A DNA stretch of 64,000 nucleotides from a bacterium (GCA_026414725.1 JAOAIL010000001.1:52566-116565); one strand, 5' to 3'; counted from the stretch's first letter, positions 29,643-41,050 are shown. Notes: generated from the sequence alone by a model not told the origin. Numbers and translations: made by a program.

Positions 29643-31580
29643 GTGATAGCAAGAATGAAAAAGTTCTACCTTTTTTTCACAGAAGACCCATCCACTTTTT
29701 TGAAAGAACTTCAAAAGGAAGGATGCGCTGAGATAAATAAATTACCGGATATATTTGGTTTTGAAAATATCGTCTTATATAAAGATATAGAAGAAACCTT
29801 ACGTAAAGTTGAATTTCTTAAAGATACCTTAAAGAAGGTTGAAGGGAAGGCATTTTCAGGAAAAATCGTCATAAACAAAAAAGAAGAAGAAAATATAATT
29901 AGAGAAATGGCTCTGGATGACATATATACAAAATTCTTACAGATATCAAAAGAGATTGAGAGAAGGAAGAAAACAGGAGAAAAAATATCAACTATAAAGA
30001 AAGAGTTAATGTTGATAAAAGATATTACTGTTGTCCCCTACTCTCTTTTTTCAATGAAACATTTTTCTTTTTGCTTGTTCCATCTCCCGCGGAAAAAACA
30101 AAAATTTCCTGAGAGTATAGATGGTTTTAAGGTTGAAAAGATATCAGAAGATAAAGAAAAAGCACTTTTTCTGATAGTTTTTCCTATAGAAAAACATTCT
30201 GAAATAGTAAAGCATATAGAAGAAATAAAAGGTGTTATCCTGAAAATAAAACGATGGAGCCGACTCCCTTCAGAAATCTTGAAAAAGATGGAGACAATAG
30301 AAGAGAAGAACAGAAGGTTAATAGTAAATCTGGAAAATCAGTTAAAAGAAATATCCTCTTTAAAATATAAAATCATTGTATTTTATGATTATGTGTATTC
30401 ATTTTCTCATTACATAAAAGTATCACGGAATACAGGAATATCCAAATTTGTAAAGGGAGTATGGGGATGGGTAAAAGAAAATGATATTCCACTTATAGAA
30501 GGATTAATACATAAATACCTTCCTGATGGATATCTTTATATATCAGACCCTGATAAAGAAGATGAAGTACCCATAGCATTTGAAAATGCACCTGTGATAG
30601 AACCATTTGAAGTAGTAACAGACCTTTACGGTAAGCCGATTTATAAAAATATAGACCCCACACCACATCTTTCTATATTTTTTCTTCTATCATTTGCTTT
30701 TTGTATAACAGATGCTGCTTATGGTATTATTCTTCTTTTATTATCTATTATATTCATAAAAAAGTTCAGATATACACCAGCAATTATAAAATTCTTTCGG
30801 CTTATCCTTTATAGCAGTATAGCCACGATATTTATGGGGGCTATTACAGGCAGTTGGTTTGGAGATATACTGTCACGATTACCTCATAATTTTTTCCTTG
30901 TGAAAACTCTTAACAAAATGGTTATTCTGAATCCCCTTGAAGGTGGAAACAAAACATTCCTTTTTCTCGGATGGGCACTTATATTAGGATATATACAGAT
31001 ATTATGGGGACTTTATCTCAACCTTTTGAATTCTATAAGACAGTTTGGGATTAAGAAATCAGGAGAACCATTTATACTTCTTACAATACAGATACTTGTT
31101 GCTCTGTTAATAATCTCTTTTGTCATATCAATGAAAGAACTTATACTTCCTCTCTCATTACTTCTTACAATCTCTTTTATATTTCTGATGATACTGAAAG
31201 GTATTACACAGAAGGGCTTTATGCGGATATTCTGGGCTTTTTATGGTGCTTACAATGTAATAGCAAGCAATTTACTCGGAGATGTTTTAAGTTACAGCCG
31301 TCTTTTCGGACTCGGTCTTACCACAGCGGTATTAGGACTTGTGGTAAATGAAATGGTTTTTATGTCAAAAGGGATTCCCTTTATCGGTTATCTCATTGCT
31401 TTTATCCTATTCATATTCGGACATTTAGCAAATTTAGGAATTAATCTTTTAGGTGGATATGTACATACAAGCCGCCTGCAATATCTAGAATTTTTTACAA
31501 AATTTTTTGAAGGTGGGGGAAGACCTTTTTCTCCTTTAAAAGAAATCAGACAGTACACCTATATTAAGAAGGATTCATAA
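29643..31580 (+). CDS. V/A-type ATPase subunit I (a-subunit, 116-kDa family), orphan
   Basis: ~300-aa hydrophilic coiled-coil N-terminus plus a C-terminal polytopic domain. Essential Arg context is LSYSRLFGLGL. C-terminal signature is GGYVHTSRLQYLEFFTKFFEGGGRPFSPL (compare yeast Vph1 LHALRLHWVEF..KF..G.G..F.PF). GTG at 29643 is 7 nt after AAGGAG; alternative ATG at 29655. Confidence 0.75.
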   Translation: MIARMKKFYLFFTEDPSTFLKELQKEGCAEINKLPDIFGFENIVLYKDIEETLRKVEFLKDTLKKVEGKAFSGKIVINKKEEENIIREMALDDIYTKFLQISKEIERRKKTGEKISTIKKELMLIKDITVVPYSLFSMKHFSFCLFHLPRKKQKFPESIDGFKVEKISEDKEKALFLIVFPIEKHSEIVKHIEEIKGVILKIKRWSRLPSEILKKMETIEEKNRRLIVNLENQLKEISSLKYKIIVFYDYVYSFSHYIKVSRNTGISKFVKGVWGWVKENDIPLIEGLIHKYLPDGYLYISDPDKEDEVPIAFENAPVIEPFEVVTDLYGKPIYKNIDPTPHLSIFFLLSFAFCITDAAYGIILLLLSIIFIKKFRYTPAIIKFFRLILYSSIATIFMGAITGSWFGDILSRLPHNFFLVKTLNKMVILNPLEGGNKTFLFLGWALILGYIQILWGLYLNLLNSIRQFGIKKSGEPFILLTIQILVALLIISFVISMKELILPLSLLLTISFIFLMILKGITQKGFMRIFWAFYGAYNVIASNLLGDVLSYSRLFGLGLTTAVLGLVVNEMVFMSKGIPFIGYLIAFILFIFGHLANLGINLLGGYVHTSRLQYLEFFTKFFEGGGRPFSPLKEIRQYTYIKKDS

Positions 31581-31622
31581 CAACACAGTAATAAAAAAGA
31601 GTTCTGGTGTGTTTTAGTAAGT

Positions 31623-33944
31623 TCATAAAATTTTTATATCAGGCCTTGTTTCAATCTTTCTCTTGTCTTTTTCTATCTCTACTATGATATCCCCTGACAG
31701 AGTAGGAATATACAATTTTGCAAAGTTAATATATGTTAAGAATGAATACTTTTTCATTACATTCCAGTTATAACTTACAGGTCTTACTCCTCCTATAATT
31801 TCAATAAAGTGAACTATCGGATGGGCACTCCATGCATGACAGAGAGATGTCACACCGGGGTCAGGATTCCACATCTCCCAGCAGGTCGTTGCACCACTGT
31901 CTAACATTTTTCCCCATCTACTTTTTATAAAGTCCATTATCTGTTTTTCATATCCACCTACTTTTTTAAGCGCCTCTATCACATAATAATAAAAGAAAGG
32001 AGATGCCTCAATAATGTTAGGATGTGTAAGTGGTTTTTGCCTCATTGGAGGAAGTAAAATTTCTTCCGCCCATAACCTGTGATATTTTCTATTAATATCT
32101 AAAAGTATTGCCAAGCTATGTGTATGCTGACTTATCTTTTTTATTGGTATATTTTGGATAGTATCATATCCATCCCAGAAACATTTTTTATTATTATTCC
32201 AGAAGACCTTTTTAACTCTTTTTTCTATTTTTTCTGCCATTATCAGATATCTGTTTGCTTTTTCAGGTTTTTTCAGAATATTTGATATGGTAGCCATAGT
32301 CCTTAAAGTAGAAAGATACATAAGATTAAACAGACAGGAAAACCCATCTTTATACAAAGGAGCCCAGTCAAGAAAAACCCAGTATTCAGGCATCTTCCCC
32401 AGTAGATAATTCTTTTCTATATAACTGTTAAAAAATCCCATTGCTTTTTCTATCCTGTCATACTGTTCTTTCATCAACGACTTATCTCCGGTATATCTGT
32501 AATAATCAAAATGTGTCTGTATCCAGGTCATTGTAAAATCAGGTAAAATACATCCTACTGCTATTGTAGGAAAATGTCCATAGGTAAGCCCATTTGATAT
32601 CTGAGATTGTCCTGCCTGTCTTATACCTCTTCTGAAAAGACGCATATCACCACCCAATCCATAGTATGTATTTACTGCCTGAACCCTCGCATCTCCCCAC
32701 CATTGCGCCTGTTCTCTCCATGGACAATCAATATATGCATCTAAACTACAGCATATCTGTGTTCTTATACACATATCCCATATCTGGTTTAACCACTCAT
32801 CTGATGTTTTAAATATTGCTTTCTTCTCAAATGGATAAGAAACCTCTCTAATATATACTCTTTTAATCTTCAATGGCTTATTTACATTTCTTACAGTCAG
32901 AGAAAGATATCTGAAACCATGGATATAGAATGTCTCAAATATCTGCTTCCCTTTCCTTAAAATATATCTATCTGAAATGGAAACTTTAGAGCCGGTTTGA
33001 GTATCTTTTATACACAGATGTCCCTCTTCATTAAGTAATTCCGCAGTTGTAAAATCTATTACTTCTCCACCTATACCCTCCACCTCTACTCCTAAAAAAC
33101 CTACTACTTCAACACCTGCATCAAATATTATGTTTATATGTTTATCTGAAGGGAATGGTAAAATCATCGTATAGGTATCATCTTCTCTTAACATATTTGC
33201 AATGTTTTTTATTTTTGAACAATCCCTGCACTCTGTTTTTATTTCTTCAAGATAGACAGAAGTAATATTTCGCATGTTTTCCCAGTATTTATAATTTCTA
33301 CCATAGAAAAAATTAAGAACTTCTCTAAATCCCATTTTTTCTTCTTTCAAAAGAGGTATCCCTCTTTCTTCAAAATTTAACCATGGTAAACATCCTGCCA
33401 TTCTATATTTTGGGCTATTCCATCCATCTTTTCCCTCATTTATATTTGCAGACGACTTCCAATCACTTTCAGTCATTCTGGCATCAAAACATTCCTGATA
33501 ACCCATCTGGGTTGACCTTCTTATCATATCCTGTTTATGCCCGAATGACTTCTTAACCAACCATCCATTATCTGGACAGGTACTTATATCAACTTCTCCT
33601 ATCTTTCCTTCAACAATTAATCCTCCTGCACCACCGTATATTGACTGAAAAGTCCCATGTCCGCATTGATGAACAATTATTGCAATAAAATTCTTACCCT
33701 TCTTAAGATATTTTGAAATCTCTACTATATCAACAGGATAATTTTCAGGATAACCCCTCGCTGGACCATAACAGACATATTCCTCGTTAATATAAAGCTT
33801 ATACCTTGTATCTGCTGTTATTTTTATCTCTACAGGATGTTCAGGAATATCATTAAGAATAAATTCCTTTCTGGCAAGCATATATACATTCACATCATCA
33901 TATCCATAGTGATCATACCATATCCATCTTGCATTTTGAAACAT
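31623..33944 (-). CDS. Glycoside hydrolase, alpha-L-rhamnosidase-like (GH78-type)
   Basis: The N-terminus MFQNARWIWYD is characteristic of bacterial alpha-L-rhamnosidases, and the body is a (alpha/alpha)6-barrel-sized protein. Start trimmed to the ATG at 33944, which is preceded by GGAGGAGG; the track ORF extends to 34181 and would overlap tyrS. Confidence 0.55.
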   Translation of the reverse strand: MFQNARWIWYDHYGYDDVNVYMLARKEFILNDIPEHPVEIKITADTRYKLYINEEYVCYGPARGYPENYPVDIVEISKYLKKGKNFIAIIVHQCGHGTFQSIYGGAGGLIVEGKIGEVDISTCPDNGWLVKKSFGHKQDMIRRSTQMGYQECFDARMTESDWKSSANINEGKDGWNSPKYRMAGCLPWLNFEERGIPLLKEEKMGFREVLNFFYGRNYKYWENMRNITSVYLEEIKTECRDCSKIKNIANMLREDDTYTMILPFPSDKHINIIFDAGVEVVGFLGVEVEGIGGEVIDFTTAELLNEEGHLCIKDTQTGSKVSISDRYILRKGKQIFETFYIHGFRYLSLTVRNVNKPLKIKRVYIREVSYPFEKKAIFKTSDEWLNQIWDMCIRTQICCSLDAYIDCPWREQAQWWGDARVQAVNTYYGLGGDMRLFRRGIRQAGQSQISNGLTYGHFPTIAVGCILPDFTMTWIQTHFDYYRYTGDKSLMKEQYDRIEKAMGFFNSYIEKNYLLGKMPEYWVFLDWAPLYKDGFSCLFNLMYLSTLRTMATISNILKKPEKANRYLIMAEKIEKRVKKVFWNNNKKCFWDGYDTIQNIPIKKISQHTHSLAILLDINRKYHRLWAEEILLPPMRQKPLTHPNIIEASPFFYYYVIEALKKVGGYEKQIMDFIKSRWGKMLDSGATTCWEMWNPDPGVTSLCHAWSAHPIVHFIEIIGGVRPVSYNWNVMKKYSFLTYINFAKLYIPTLSGDIIVEIEKDKRKIETRPDIKIL

Positions 33945-34041
33945 CTTCCTCCTCCATTTTATAACGTTATAATTATACAACTTCCAGAATTTATATGATA
34001 GATGATTTCTGGTATAATAAAAAGACCTATGAAAGGATACT

Positions 34042-35235
34042 ATGAAAGAGATAGAAAAACAACTACAGATTATAAAAAGGAATGCGGTGGAAGTAATTGA
34101 GGAGGATGAATTAAGAAACAAACTGAAAAACTCCCTTGTTAAAAATATTCCTTTAAGGATAAAATACGGAATTGACCCCACTGCTCCTGAAATACATATT
34201 GGACATACCGTCCCTATCAGTAAATTGAAGGATTTTCAGGATTTAGGGCATAAGATATTATTTTTAATAGGTGACTTCACTGCAAGAATAGGAGACCCTA
34301 CAGGAAGAAAAGAAACCAGGCCTATACTTTCAGAAGAACAGATTAAAAATAATCTTTCAAGATACAAAGAACAGGTAGGAAAAATATTAGACCTTTCAAA
34401 GACAGAGTTCGTATATAACTCCCACTGGCTCGCTAAACTTACACTGGAAGAAATTGTTAAACTTACTTCTATCTTCACTATTGCCCAGATACTTGAAAGG
34501 GAAGACTTTTCTCAGAGATATAAATCAAATAAACCCATATTTTTCCACGAATTTTTATATCCTCTCCTTCAGGGATATGACTCTTATGTACTAAAAGCAG
34601 ATGTGGAAATAGGTGCTACGGAACAGAAGTTTAACCTGCTTGCAGGAAGGACAATACAGGAAGCACTGGGACAGGAAAAACAGATTATAATTACAATGCC
34701 TATATTACGTGGAACAGATGGTAAACTAAAAATGAGCAAAACATACAACAACCATATACCAATAGAAACATCACCGGATGATATGTTTGGGAAGGTAATG
34801 TCTATTCCTGATGACTTAATGGAAGAGTATTTTTATCTATTAACCTCTATTGACGTTGATGTATTCAAGGAACTCATAAAAGATAATCCCAGACAGGCAA
34901 AGGGATTACTTGCAAAAGAAATTGTAAAAAGATTTTTTGATGAAAAAACTGCTAAGGAGGCAGAAGCAGAGTTTGATAGGATATTTAAAGAAAAACAGAC
35001 ACCTGATGAGATACCTGAATTTTTTATAGATAAAGAAGAGATATCTATTTTAGACCTTCTTTTTAACTCAGGGCTCCTACCTTCAAAAACAGAGGCAAGA
35101 AGGATGATAACACAGAAAGCAGTGAAACTTGACAATGATGTAATAGATGACCCTTATGCAAAAATTTCTGTAAAGGATGGACAGGTATTAAAGGTAGGTA
35201 AAAGAAGATTTCTACGTATTAAGGTAAAGGAGTAA
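34042..35235 (+). CDS. tyrS: Tyrosine--tRNA ligase
   Basis: HIGH (PTAPEIHIGH), KMSKS (KMSKT), and a C-terminal S4-like domain (ARRMITQKAVKLDNDVI). Confidence 0.85.
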   Translation: MKEIEKQLQIIKRNAVEVIEEDELRNKLKNSLVKNIPLRIKYGIDPTAPEIHIGHTVPISKLKDFQDLGHKILFLIGDFTARIGDPTGRKETRPILSEEQIKNNLSRYKEQVGKILDLSKTEFVYNSHWLAKLTLEEIVKLTSIFTIAQILEREDFSQRYKSNKPIFFHEFLYPLLQGYDSYVLKADVEIGATEQKFNLLAGRTIQEALGQEKQIIITMPILRGTDGKLKMSKTYNNHIPIETSPDDMFGKVMSIPDDLMEEYFYLLTSIDVDVFKELIKDNPRQAKGLLAKEIVKRFFDEKTAKEAEAEFDRIFKEKQTPDEIPEFFIDKEEISILDLLFNSGLLPSKTEARRMITQKAVKLDNDVIDDPYAKISVKDGQVLKVGKRRFLRIKVKE

Positions 35236-35238
35236 AGT

Positions 35239-35895
35239 ATGGAAGAGATACGAAAACTTCTTACTATTTATGGCAAAAAAATTGTAGAAAAAGGACTTGT
35301 AGCAGGACCTGGTGGAAATATCAGTGCAAGAGAAGGTAATTATGTCTTCCTTTCTCCGAGTGGTTTTTTTCTTGATGAAATAGATGAAAAAGAATGGGTA
35401 AAGGTGGATATACAAACCGGCAAAATTTTTGGGAATTTAAGACCGACCTGTGAGATATCAATGCATCTCGGAATATATATGGAAAGGGAAGATGTAAAGG
35501 CAGTGTTCCATACACACCCACCCATTACCACAGGACTTATATCTGCAGATGTAAAGTTTAAACCTGTATTTCCTGACTATGTAGCCTTATTTGGAAGATA
35601 TGTACCTGTTATTGAGTATGTTGTTCCTGGTGGAGAAGCAATAAGGAAGGCAGTGGTAAGTAAAATAAAGGCTTGTAATGTGGTACTCCTTAAAAATCAT
35701 GGTGCTGTATGTATTGGTACTACACTGAAAGAAGCATTTGCAAGAAGCTGGCTACTTGAAGATACAGCAAAAACAATACTTGCAGGTAAAATTGCTGGTT
35801 CCCTCAGATATCTTAACCTTAAAGAAATTGAAGGTATAGAAAATTTAGAGGCAGAGGATTATAGAAAAGCATTGTTAAAAAAAGATATGAGATGA
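35239..35895 (+). CDS. Class II aldolase/adducin-family protein (FucA/AraD/MtnB-like)
   Basis: GNISAREGNYVFLSPSG...VFHTHPP...LLKNHGAVCIGTT is the class II aldolase metal-binding His pattern. Confidence 0.75.
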   Translation: MEEIRKLLTIYGKKIVEKGLVAGPGGNISAREGNYVFLSPSGFFLDEIDEKEWVKVDIQTGKIFGNLRPTCEISMHLGIYMEREDVKAVFHTHPPITTGLISADVKFKPVFPDYVALFGRYVPVIEYVVPGGEAIRKAVVSKIKACNVVLLKNHGAVCIGTTLKEAFARSWLLEDTAKTILAGKIAGSLRYLNLKEIEGIENLEAEDYRKALLKKDMR

Positions 35896-36731
35896 AGCAC
35901 ATCTGGAAGATAAAAAATAAAACATTAGAGATAAAGAATTTCCTTATAATGGGGATATTGAATACATCGCCTGATTCATTTTATAGTGATTCAAGTTATC
36001 CTGATGTTATGTCTGCTTTAAAAAGAGCGAAGGAAATGATAGAAGAAGGTGCGGATATTATAGATATAGGTGGACAGTCAACGAGACCTGGAAGTAAAGA
36101 GATACCTGTAGAAGAAGAGATAACCAGAACAGTCCCTGTGATAAGAGAACTTTCTAAAGAAACAGATATACTTATATCCTGTGACACATATAAAGCAAAA
36201 GTTGCAGAGATGGCACTTGAAGCAGGTGCATCTATTATAAATGATATTTCTGCCTTTTCAATAGACACTAAACTTTTTAATATAATAAAAGATACTGATT
36301 GTGGTTATGTAGTTATGCATATGAAAGGTACCCCTGAGGATATGCAGGTTAATCCATTTTATGAGGATGTGTTCTCCGAAGTATTTCAATTCTTGAAAGA
36401 AAAACTAAAGTTAATAGAAAAAGAAGGGATTGATATTGAAAGGATTGTGATTGACCCCGGGATTGGATTCGGTAAAAGGTTTGAAGACAATCTCACACTC
36501 CTGAAAAATATAGAGAAATTTAATGAACTTGGTAGACCTGTTCTTTTAGGAACTTCAAGAAAGTCATTTATAGGTAAGATATTAAATAATATCTCCCCAG
36601 AGTACCGACTTGAGGGCTCTCTTGCCTCTGCAGTAGTAGGATATATTAAAGGTGTAAAGATATTCAGGGTCCATGATGTAAAAGAAACCAGACGAGCCCT
36701 TGAAGTTGTTGATGCTATAGAAAGAGGATAA
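35892..36731 (+). CDS. folP: Dihydropteroate synthase
   Basis: IMGILNTSPDSFYSD, ADIIDIGGQSTRPG, DPGIGFGK. Confidence 0.85.
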   Translation: MKHIWKIKNKTLEIKNFLIMGILNTSPDSFYSDSSYPDVMSALKRAKEMIEEGADIIDIGGQSTRPGSKEIPVEEEITRTVPVIRELSKETDILISCDTYKAKVAEMALEAGASIINDISAFSIDTKLFNIIKDTDCGYVVMHMKGTPEDMQVNPFYEDVFSEVFQFLKEKLKLIEKEGIDIERIVIDPGIGFGKRFEDNLTLLKNIEKFNELGRPVLLGTSRKSFIGKILNNISPEYRLEGSLASAVVGYIKGVKIFRVHDVKETRRALEVVDAIERG

Positions 36732-36735
36732 AAAG

Positions 36736-37161
36736 ATGAGGATATTGTGCCTGGATGTAGGTGAGAAACGGGTAGGAGTTGCGATAAGTGATGAGACAAA
36801 AACACTTGCGAGAGGGCTTGGTAGAATTGAACGTGGTGAAAAAGAAGTGGAAAGGATAAAGGAACTTATAATAAAGTATGAAATTGAAAGTATTGTATAT
36901 GGACTTCCACTAAGGATGGATGGTTCTATAAGCAGTCAAACAGAAAGAACCATTGCCTTTATAGAAAAACTTAAAAAAGAAATTGAAATCCCTTTCATTC
37001 CCTTTGATGAGAGATTAAGCACACAGCAGGCAGAAACAATTCTCATTGAGGCGGACTTAAGCAGGAGGAAAAGAAAAAAATTCATAGATAAACTATCCGC
37101 ACAGATAATACTTCAGAATTACCTTGATTCGTTGAAAAAAGATGTAATGGAAGAGATGTAG
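36736..37161 (+). CDS. ruvX: Putative pre-16S rRNA nuclease / Holliday-junction-resolvase-like YqgF (RuvX)
   Basis: MRILCLDVGEKRVGVAISD, then VYGLPLRMDGS. Confidence 0.85.
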   Translation: MRILCLDVGEKRVGVAISDETKTLARGLGRIERGEKEVERIKELIIKYEIESIVYGLPLRMDGSISSQTERTIAFIEKLKKEIEIPFIPFDERLSTQQAETILIEADLSRRKRKKFIDKLSAQIILQNYLDSLKKDVMEEM

Positions 37162-37164
37162 TAA

Positions 37165-38328
37165 TTACTTATCTTCTGTCCATGTAGAAGCAACATTTTC
37201 GGCTACTTTTTTTGCTACATTCTTATCCAGTGCAGAAGGGATTATATATTCAGGAGAGAGTTTATTCTCAGGGATATAGTTAGCAATGGCATGACTTGCT
37301 GATATTTTCATCTTCTCCGTAATCTTTTTTGCTCTTACATCAAATACACCTCTAAAAATACCAGGAAAAGCGAGAAGATTGTTTATCTGGTTTTCCATAT
37401 CACTTCTTCCTGTTCCCACAATAAATGCTCCTGCCTTTTTTGCTTTTTCAGGCATAATCTCAGGAACAGGGTTAGACATAGCAAAAACAATAGCCCCTTT
37501 ATTCATTATTCTTATCATATCCTCACTTACTGTATCAGGTCCTGAAACACCAATAAAAACATCTGCATCTTTCATCGCATCAGCGAGTGTTCCTAACTTT
37601 GATGGTAGAAGATATCTTATTATCTCTTCCTTTGCAAAGTTCATATTTTCTTTTCTATCCTTACATATGATACCGCTTCTATCACACAACAACATCTTTC
37701 TCGCGCCAGCATAATAAAGGAATTTCACTATAGCTATTCCTGCTGCACCGGCACCGTTTATCACAATTTTTATATCTTCCATCTTTTTATTGACAAGTTT
37801 AAGGGCATTGATAAGAGCAGCAAGTACAACTACAGCGGTACCATGCTGGTCATCGTGAAAAACAGGAATAGGAAGTGTTTCTATAAGCCGTTTTTCTATT
37901 TCAAAACATCGGGGGGCAGAAATGTCCTCAAGATTTATACCTCCAAAGGTAGGAGATATTAATGTAACTGTATTTACTATCTCATCTGTATCCTGACTGG
38001 ATATACATACAGGAATAGCATCAACCTCACCAAACTCCTTAAAAAGTATTGCCTTACCTTCCATGACAGGTAGCGCTGCCTCTGCACCTATATTACCAAG
38101 TCCCAATACCGCACTACCGTCAGTAACCACAGCGACAGTATTCCATTTTGAGGTATATTCATAAACGAGTGACTTGTCTTTATTTATCTCCCTGCATGGC
38201 TCTGCAACTCCCGGAGTATATGCAAGGGAAAGGTCTTTCTTGTCTTTCAATGGGACTTTTGATTTTATCTCTATCTTCCCTTTTGCTCTTTTATGTAGTT
38301 TGAGTGAATCAGAATATACATCTGTCAT
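37165..38328 (-). CDS. NAD(P)-dependent malic enzyme (short ~390 aa type)
   Basis: [13 protein letters not shown], Rossmann GAGAAGIAI, malic enzyme family. Confidence 0.85.
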   Translation of the reverse strand: MTDVYSDSLKLHKRAKGKIEIKSKVPLKDKKDLSLAYTPGVAEPCREINKDKSLVYEYTSKWNTVAVVTDGSAVLGLGNIGAEAALPVMEGKAILFKEFGEVDAIPVCISSQDTDEIVNTVTLISPTFGGINLEDISAPRCFEIEKRLIETLPIPVFHDDQHGTAVVVLAALINALKLVNKKMEDIKIVINGAGAAGIAIVKFLYYAGARKMLLCDRSGIICKDRKENMNFAKEEIIRYLLPSKLGTLADAMKDADVFIGVSGPDTVSEDMIRIMNKGAIVFAMSNPVPEIMPEKAKKAGAFIVGTGRSDMENQINNLLAFPGIFRGVFDVRAKKITEKMKISASHAIANYIPENKLSPEYIIPSALDKNVAKKVAENVASTWTEDK

Positions 38329-38395
38329 TTTACTCGTCCTTTTATTCTACACCGTTCCCCTCTCCCCAAAAAGGAGAGAGGGGAAAGTATATCCG

Positions 38396-40471
38396 TTACT
38401 TAAAAATTGTTGTATGCAGAATAAACGAAGCAAATACAATTGCCACTATGGACATAAGTTTTATAAGGATATTCAGTGAAGGACCTGCTGTATCCTTGAA
38501 TGGGTCACCTACTGTATCACCTGTAACAGCTGCCTTATGTGCATCTGTTCCTTTACCTCCAAAATTTCCTTTCTCTATATATTTCTTTGCATTATCCCAT
38601 GATGCTCCTGCATTTGCCATCATAACCGCGAGGACAAATCCACCTGCCATTGCTCCCACCAGTAAACCCATCAATGCTTCAGTACCCAGTAAAAGACCCA
38701 CTACTACTGGAAGTATTATAGTAATAATTGCTGGCTTAAGCATCTCCTTCTGTGCTGATTTTGTACAGATATCTACTGCCCTCGCATAGTCAGGTTTCAC
38801 CTTACCATCCATAAGTCCTGCTATCTCTCTGAATTGTCTCCTTACCTCCTCTACGATATCCTGTGCTGTCCTGCCCACTGCCTTTAATGCCATAGAAGAG
38901 AAAGACATAGGATACATTACCCCAATGAAAATACCAGAAAGAAGACGAACATTCATTACAGAAAGGTCCATATTACCACCGAGCATAACAATCTGTTCCT
39001 TAAAAGCAGCAATAAGCGCAAGTGTGGTAAGCGCAGCAGAACCGATAGCAAAACCCTTACCTGTTGCTGCAGTAGTATTTCCGAGTGCATCAAGTTCATC
39101 TGTCCTCTGTCTAACAAAAGGTGGCTGGTGAGACATCTCTGCATTACCTCCTGCATTATCTGCTACTGGACCGTATGAATCAGTTGCAAGCGTTATACCC
39201 AGTGTACTTAAAAGTCCTACTCCCGCAAGTCCTATTCCATAAAGTCCCATTGTAGGTTGATAAAGTCCGCCAGCGAACATATAGGCACCTATAGTAGCAA
39301 GAACAATTACTAATATCGGAACAGAAGTTGAATACATACCATTAGCAATTCCCTCTATCATAACAGTAGCATGCCCTGTAAGTGATGCCTTTGCTACATC
39401 TCTCGTTGGTTGATAACTATCTGATGTATAGTACTCAGAGAAAAAACCAATAAGCAGTCCTGCTATAACACCACATATAACAGAACCATATATTCCTTTA
39501 TATTCAGGGCCAAGTATCATAGTAATTGCAAAATAAGAAGTAATTATTACAATTCCTGCCGCAATGTATATCCCCTTCCTTAATGCCATCAACAGACCTG
39601 CCTGTGTTGCATCCTCTTTAACACTAACAAAGAAAGAGCCAATAATGGAAGCAAATATACCGAGTGCTGCTATAGCGAGAGGAAGAGAGATTCCATAATA
39701 TCCTAATCCAGCAGAGACCGAAAGTGCCATTGTAGCAAGTATTGAACCCACATATGACTCATAAAGGTCTGCTCCCATTCCTGCTATATCTCCAACATTA
39801 TCTCCAACATTATCAGCAATAACGGCAGGATTTCTCGGGTCATCTTCTGGAATTCCAACTTCAACCTTACCTATTAAATCAGCACCAACATCCGCTCCTT
39901 TCGTATATATACCCCCTCCTACCCTGGCAAAAAGTGCTTGTGCACTTGCACCCATTCCAAAACATACCATTGTAGCGGCAATATAGTTAAGGTCTGGATG
40001 TAACCATCTTACAATACTATATCCCACACTGATAAAAAACAGGGCAAGCCCTACTACAATCAAACCCATAACAAGCCCTGAGGAAAACGCTAATCTTAGT
40101 GCTTCATTAAGTGAATTTTTTGCTGCATTAGTTGTTCTGGCTGATGAATTTGTTGCAATAGTCATTCCTATATAACCACTTAAAGCAGAGAAAAAACCAC
40201 CTGCCAGAAAAGCAAATGGGACAAAGATATTAGTGTATCCAAATCCTGTAAGAACAAGAAGGATTACAAAAACGATACTAAAAAATATCCCTACCCCTTT
40301 ATACTGCCTTATAAGATATGCCCTCGCTCCTATTCTTATTGCCTGGGCAATCTCTATCATTTCAGGTGTTCCCTCTGACTTCTTCATAATGCTTTTTACA
40401 AGAATACCTGTGAAAGCAATCGCTACGAGTGAACTAATCAAAGCAAAAACCTGCATTCCTATTCCTTCCAT
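38396..40471 (-). CDS. hppA: Membrane-bound pyrophosphate-energized cation pump (H+/Na+-PPase)
   Basis: 691 aa, ~16 TM segments, motifs [24 protein letters not shown] and [18 protein letters not shown]. Ala after GNTT in [10 protein letters not shown] tentatively predicts the K+-dependent subtype. Confidence 0.9.
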   Translation of the reverse strand: MEGIGMQVFALISSLVAIAFTGILVKSIMKKSEGTPEMIEIAQAIRIGARAYLIRQYKGVGIFFSIVFVILLVLTGFGYTNIFVPFAFLAGGFFSALSGYIGMTIATNSSARTTNAAKNSLNEALRLAFSSGLVMGLIVVGLALFFISVGYSIVRWLHPDLNYIAATMVCFGMGASAQALFARVGGGIYTKGADVGADLIGKVEVGIPEDDPRNPAVIADNVGDNVGDIAGMGADLYESYVGSILATMALSVSAGLGYYGISLPLAIAALGIFASIIGSFFVSVKEDATQAGLLMALRKGIYIAAGIVIITSYFAITMILGPEYKGIYGSVICGVIAGLLIGFFSEYYTSDSYQPTRDVAKASLTGHATVMIEGIANGMYSTSVPILVIVLATIGAYMFAGGLYQPTMGLYGIGLAGVGLLSTLGITLATDSYGPVADNAGGNAEMSHQPPFVRQRTDELDALGNTTAATGKGFAIGSAALTTLALIAAFKEQIVMLGGNMDLSVMNVRLLSGIFIGVMYPMSFSSMALKAVGRTAQDIVEEVRRQFREIAGLMDGKVKPDYARAVDICTKSAQKEMLKPAIITIILPVVVGLLLGTEALMGLLVGAMAGGFVLAVMMANAGASWDNAKKYIEKGNFGGKGTDAHKAAVTGDTVGDPFKDTAGPSLNILIKLMSIVAIVFASFILHTTIFK

Positions 40472-40486
40472 TTCCTTTTCCTCCTT

Positions 40487-41050
40487 TCAAGAAACATTAT
40501 ATAGAGACATTGCCTTTTCAATTCCACTTCTAACAATCTCCTCTATTGCTAATACTGCTTTTTCAAGTGATTGCTCAATCAATGGTTTCTCTTCCTGTAG
40601 AAAAGGAGATAGCACATAATCAACATACGACACATCTAAATTCTCCTTCCCTATTCCTATTCTAACACGGATAAAATCCCTGCTTCCTAACTCATTTACA
40701 ACGGAAAGTACGCCTTTATGACCGCCAGGTCCCTTTCCAGTGGTTATCTTTATCTTCCCTAACTGAACATCAAGTTCATCATGTATTATTATATAGTCCT
40801 TCATTTCTCCATTAAATCTTTCAAAGACCTTTTTCACTGCTATCCCACTTTCATTCATAAATGTCTTTGGTTTTATAAGGATAACAGGAACTGATATTAT
40901 ACTGCTTTCCCATCCTCTATAATAATGTGTTTTAATAACTTTTGAAGGATAATACTTTTTTCTCAATAAGTCAATAACTTTAAATCCAATGTTATGTCTT
41001 GTATTCCCGTATCCAATTTTTGCATTACCAAGTCCAATTATTATCTTCAC
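40487..41050 (-). CDS. pth: Peptidyl-tRNA hydrolase
   Basis: MKIIIGLGN..YGNTRHNIGF, plus the conserved His/Asp region. Confidence 0.9.
   Translation of the reverse strand: MKIIIGLGNAKIGYGNTRHNIGFKVIDLLRKKYYPSKVIKTHYYRGWESSIISVPVILIKPKTFMNESGIAVKKVFERFNGEMKDYIIIHDELDVQLGKIKITTGKGPGGHKGVLSVVNELGSRDFIRVRIGIGKENLDVSYVDYVLSPFLQEEKPLIEQSLEKAVLAIEEIVRSGIEKAMSLYNVS

Noticed and set aside
38329-38395. Stem-loop CCCCTCTCCCC-AAAAAGG-AGAGAGGGG between malic enzyme and hppA as an intrinsic terminator
   Set aside because: A good G/C-rich inverted repeat is present, but no U-tract follows on the hppA (minus) strand. At best it is an atypical terminator, so it is not listed as a feature.
38304-38789. 161-aa plus-strand ORF antisense to hppA 3' end
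   Set aside because: Lies antisense to the strongly supported pyrophosphatase gene and has no motifs.
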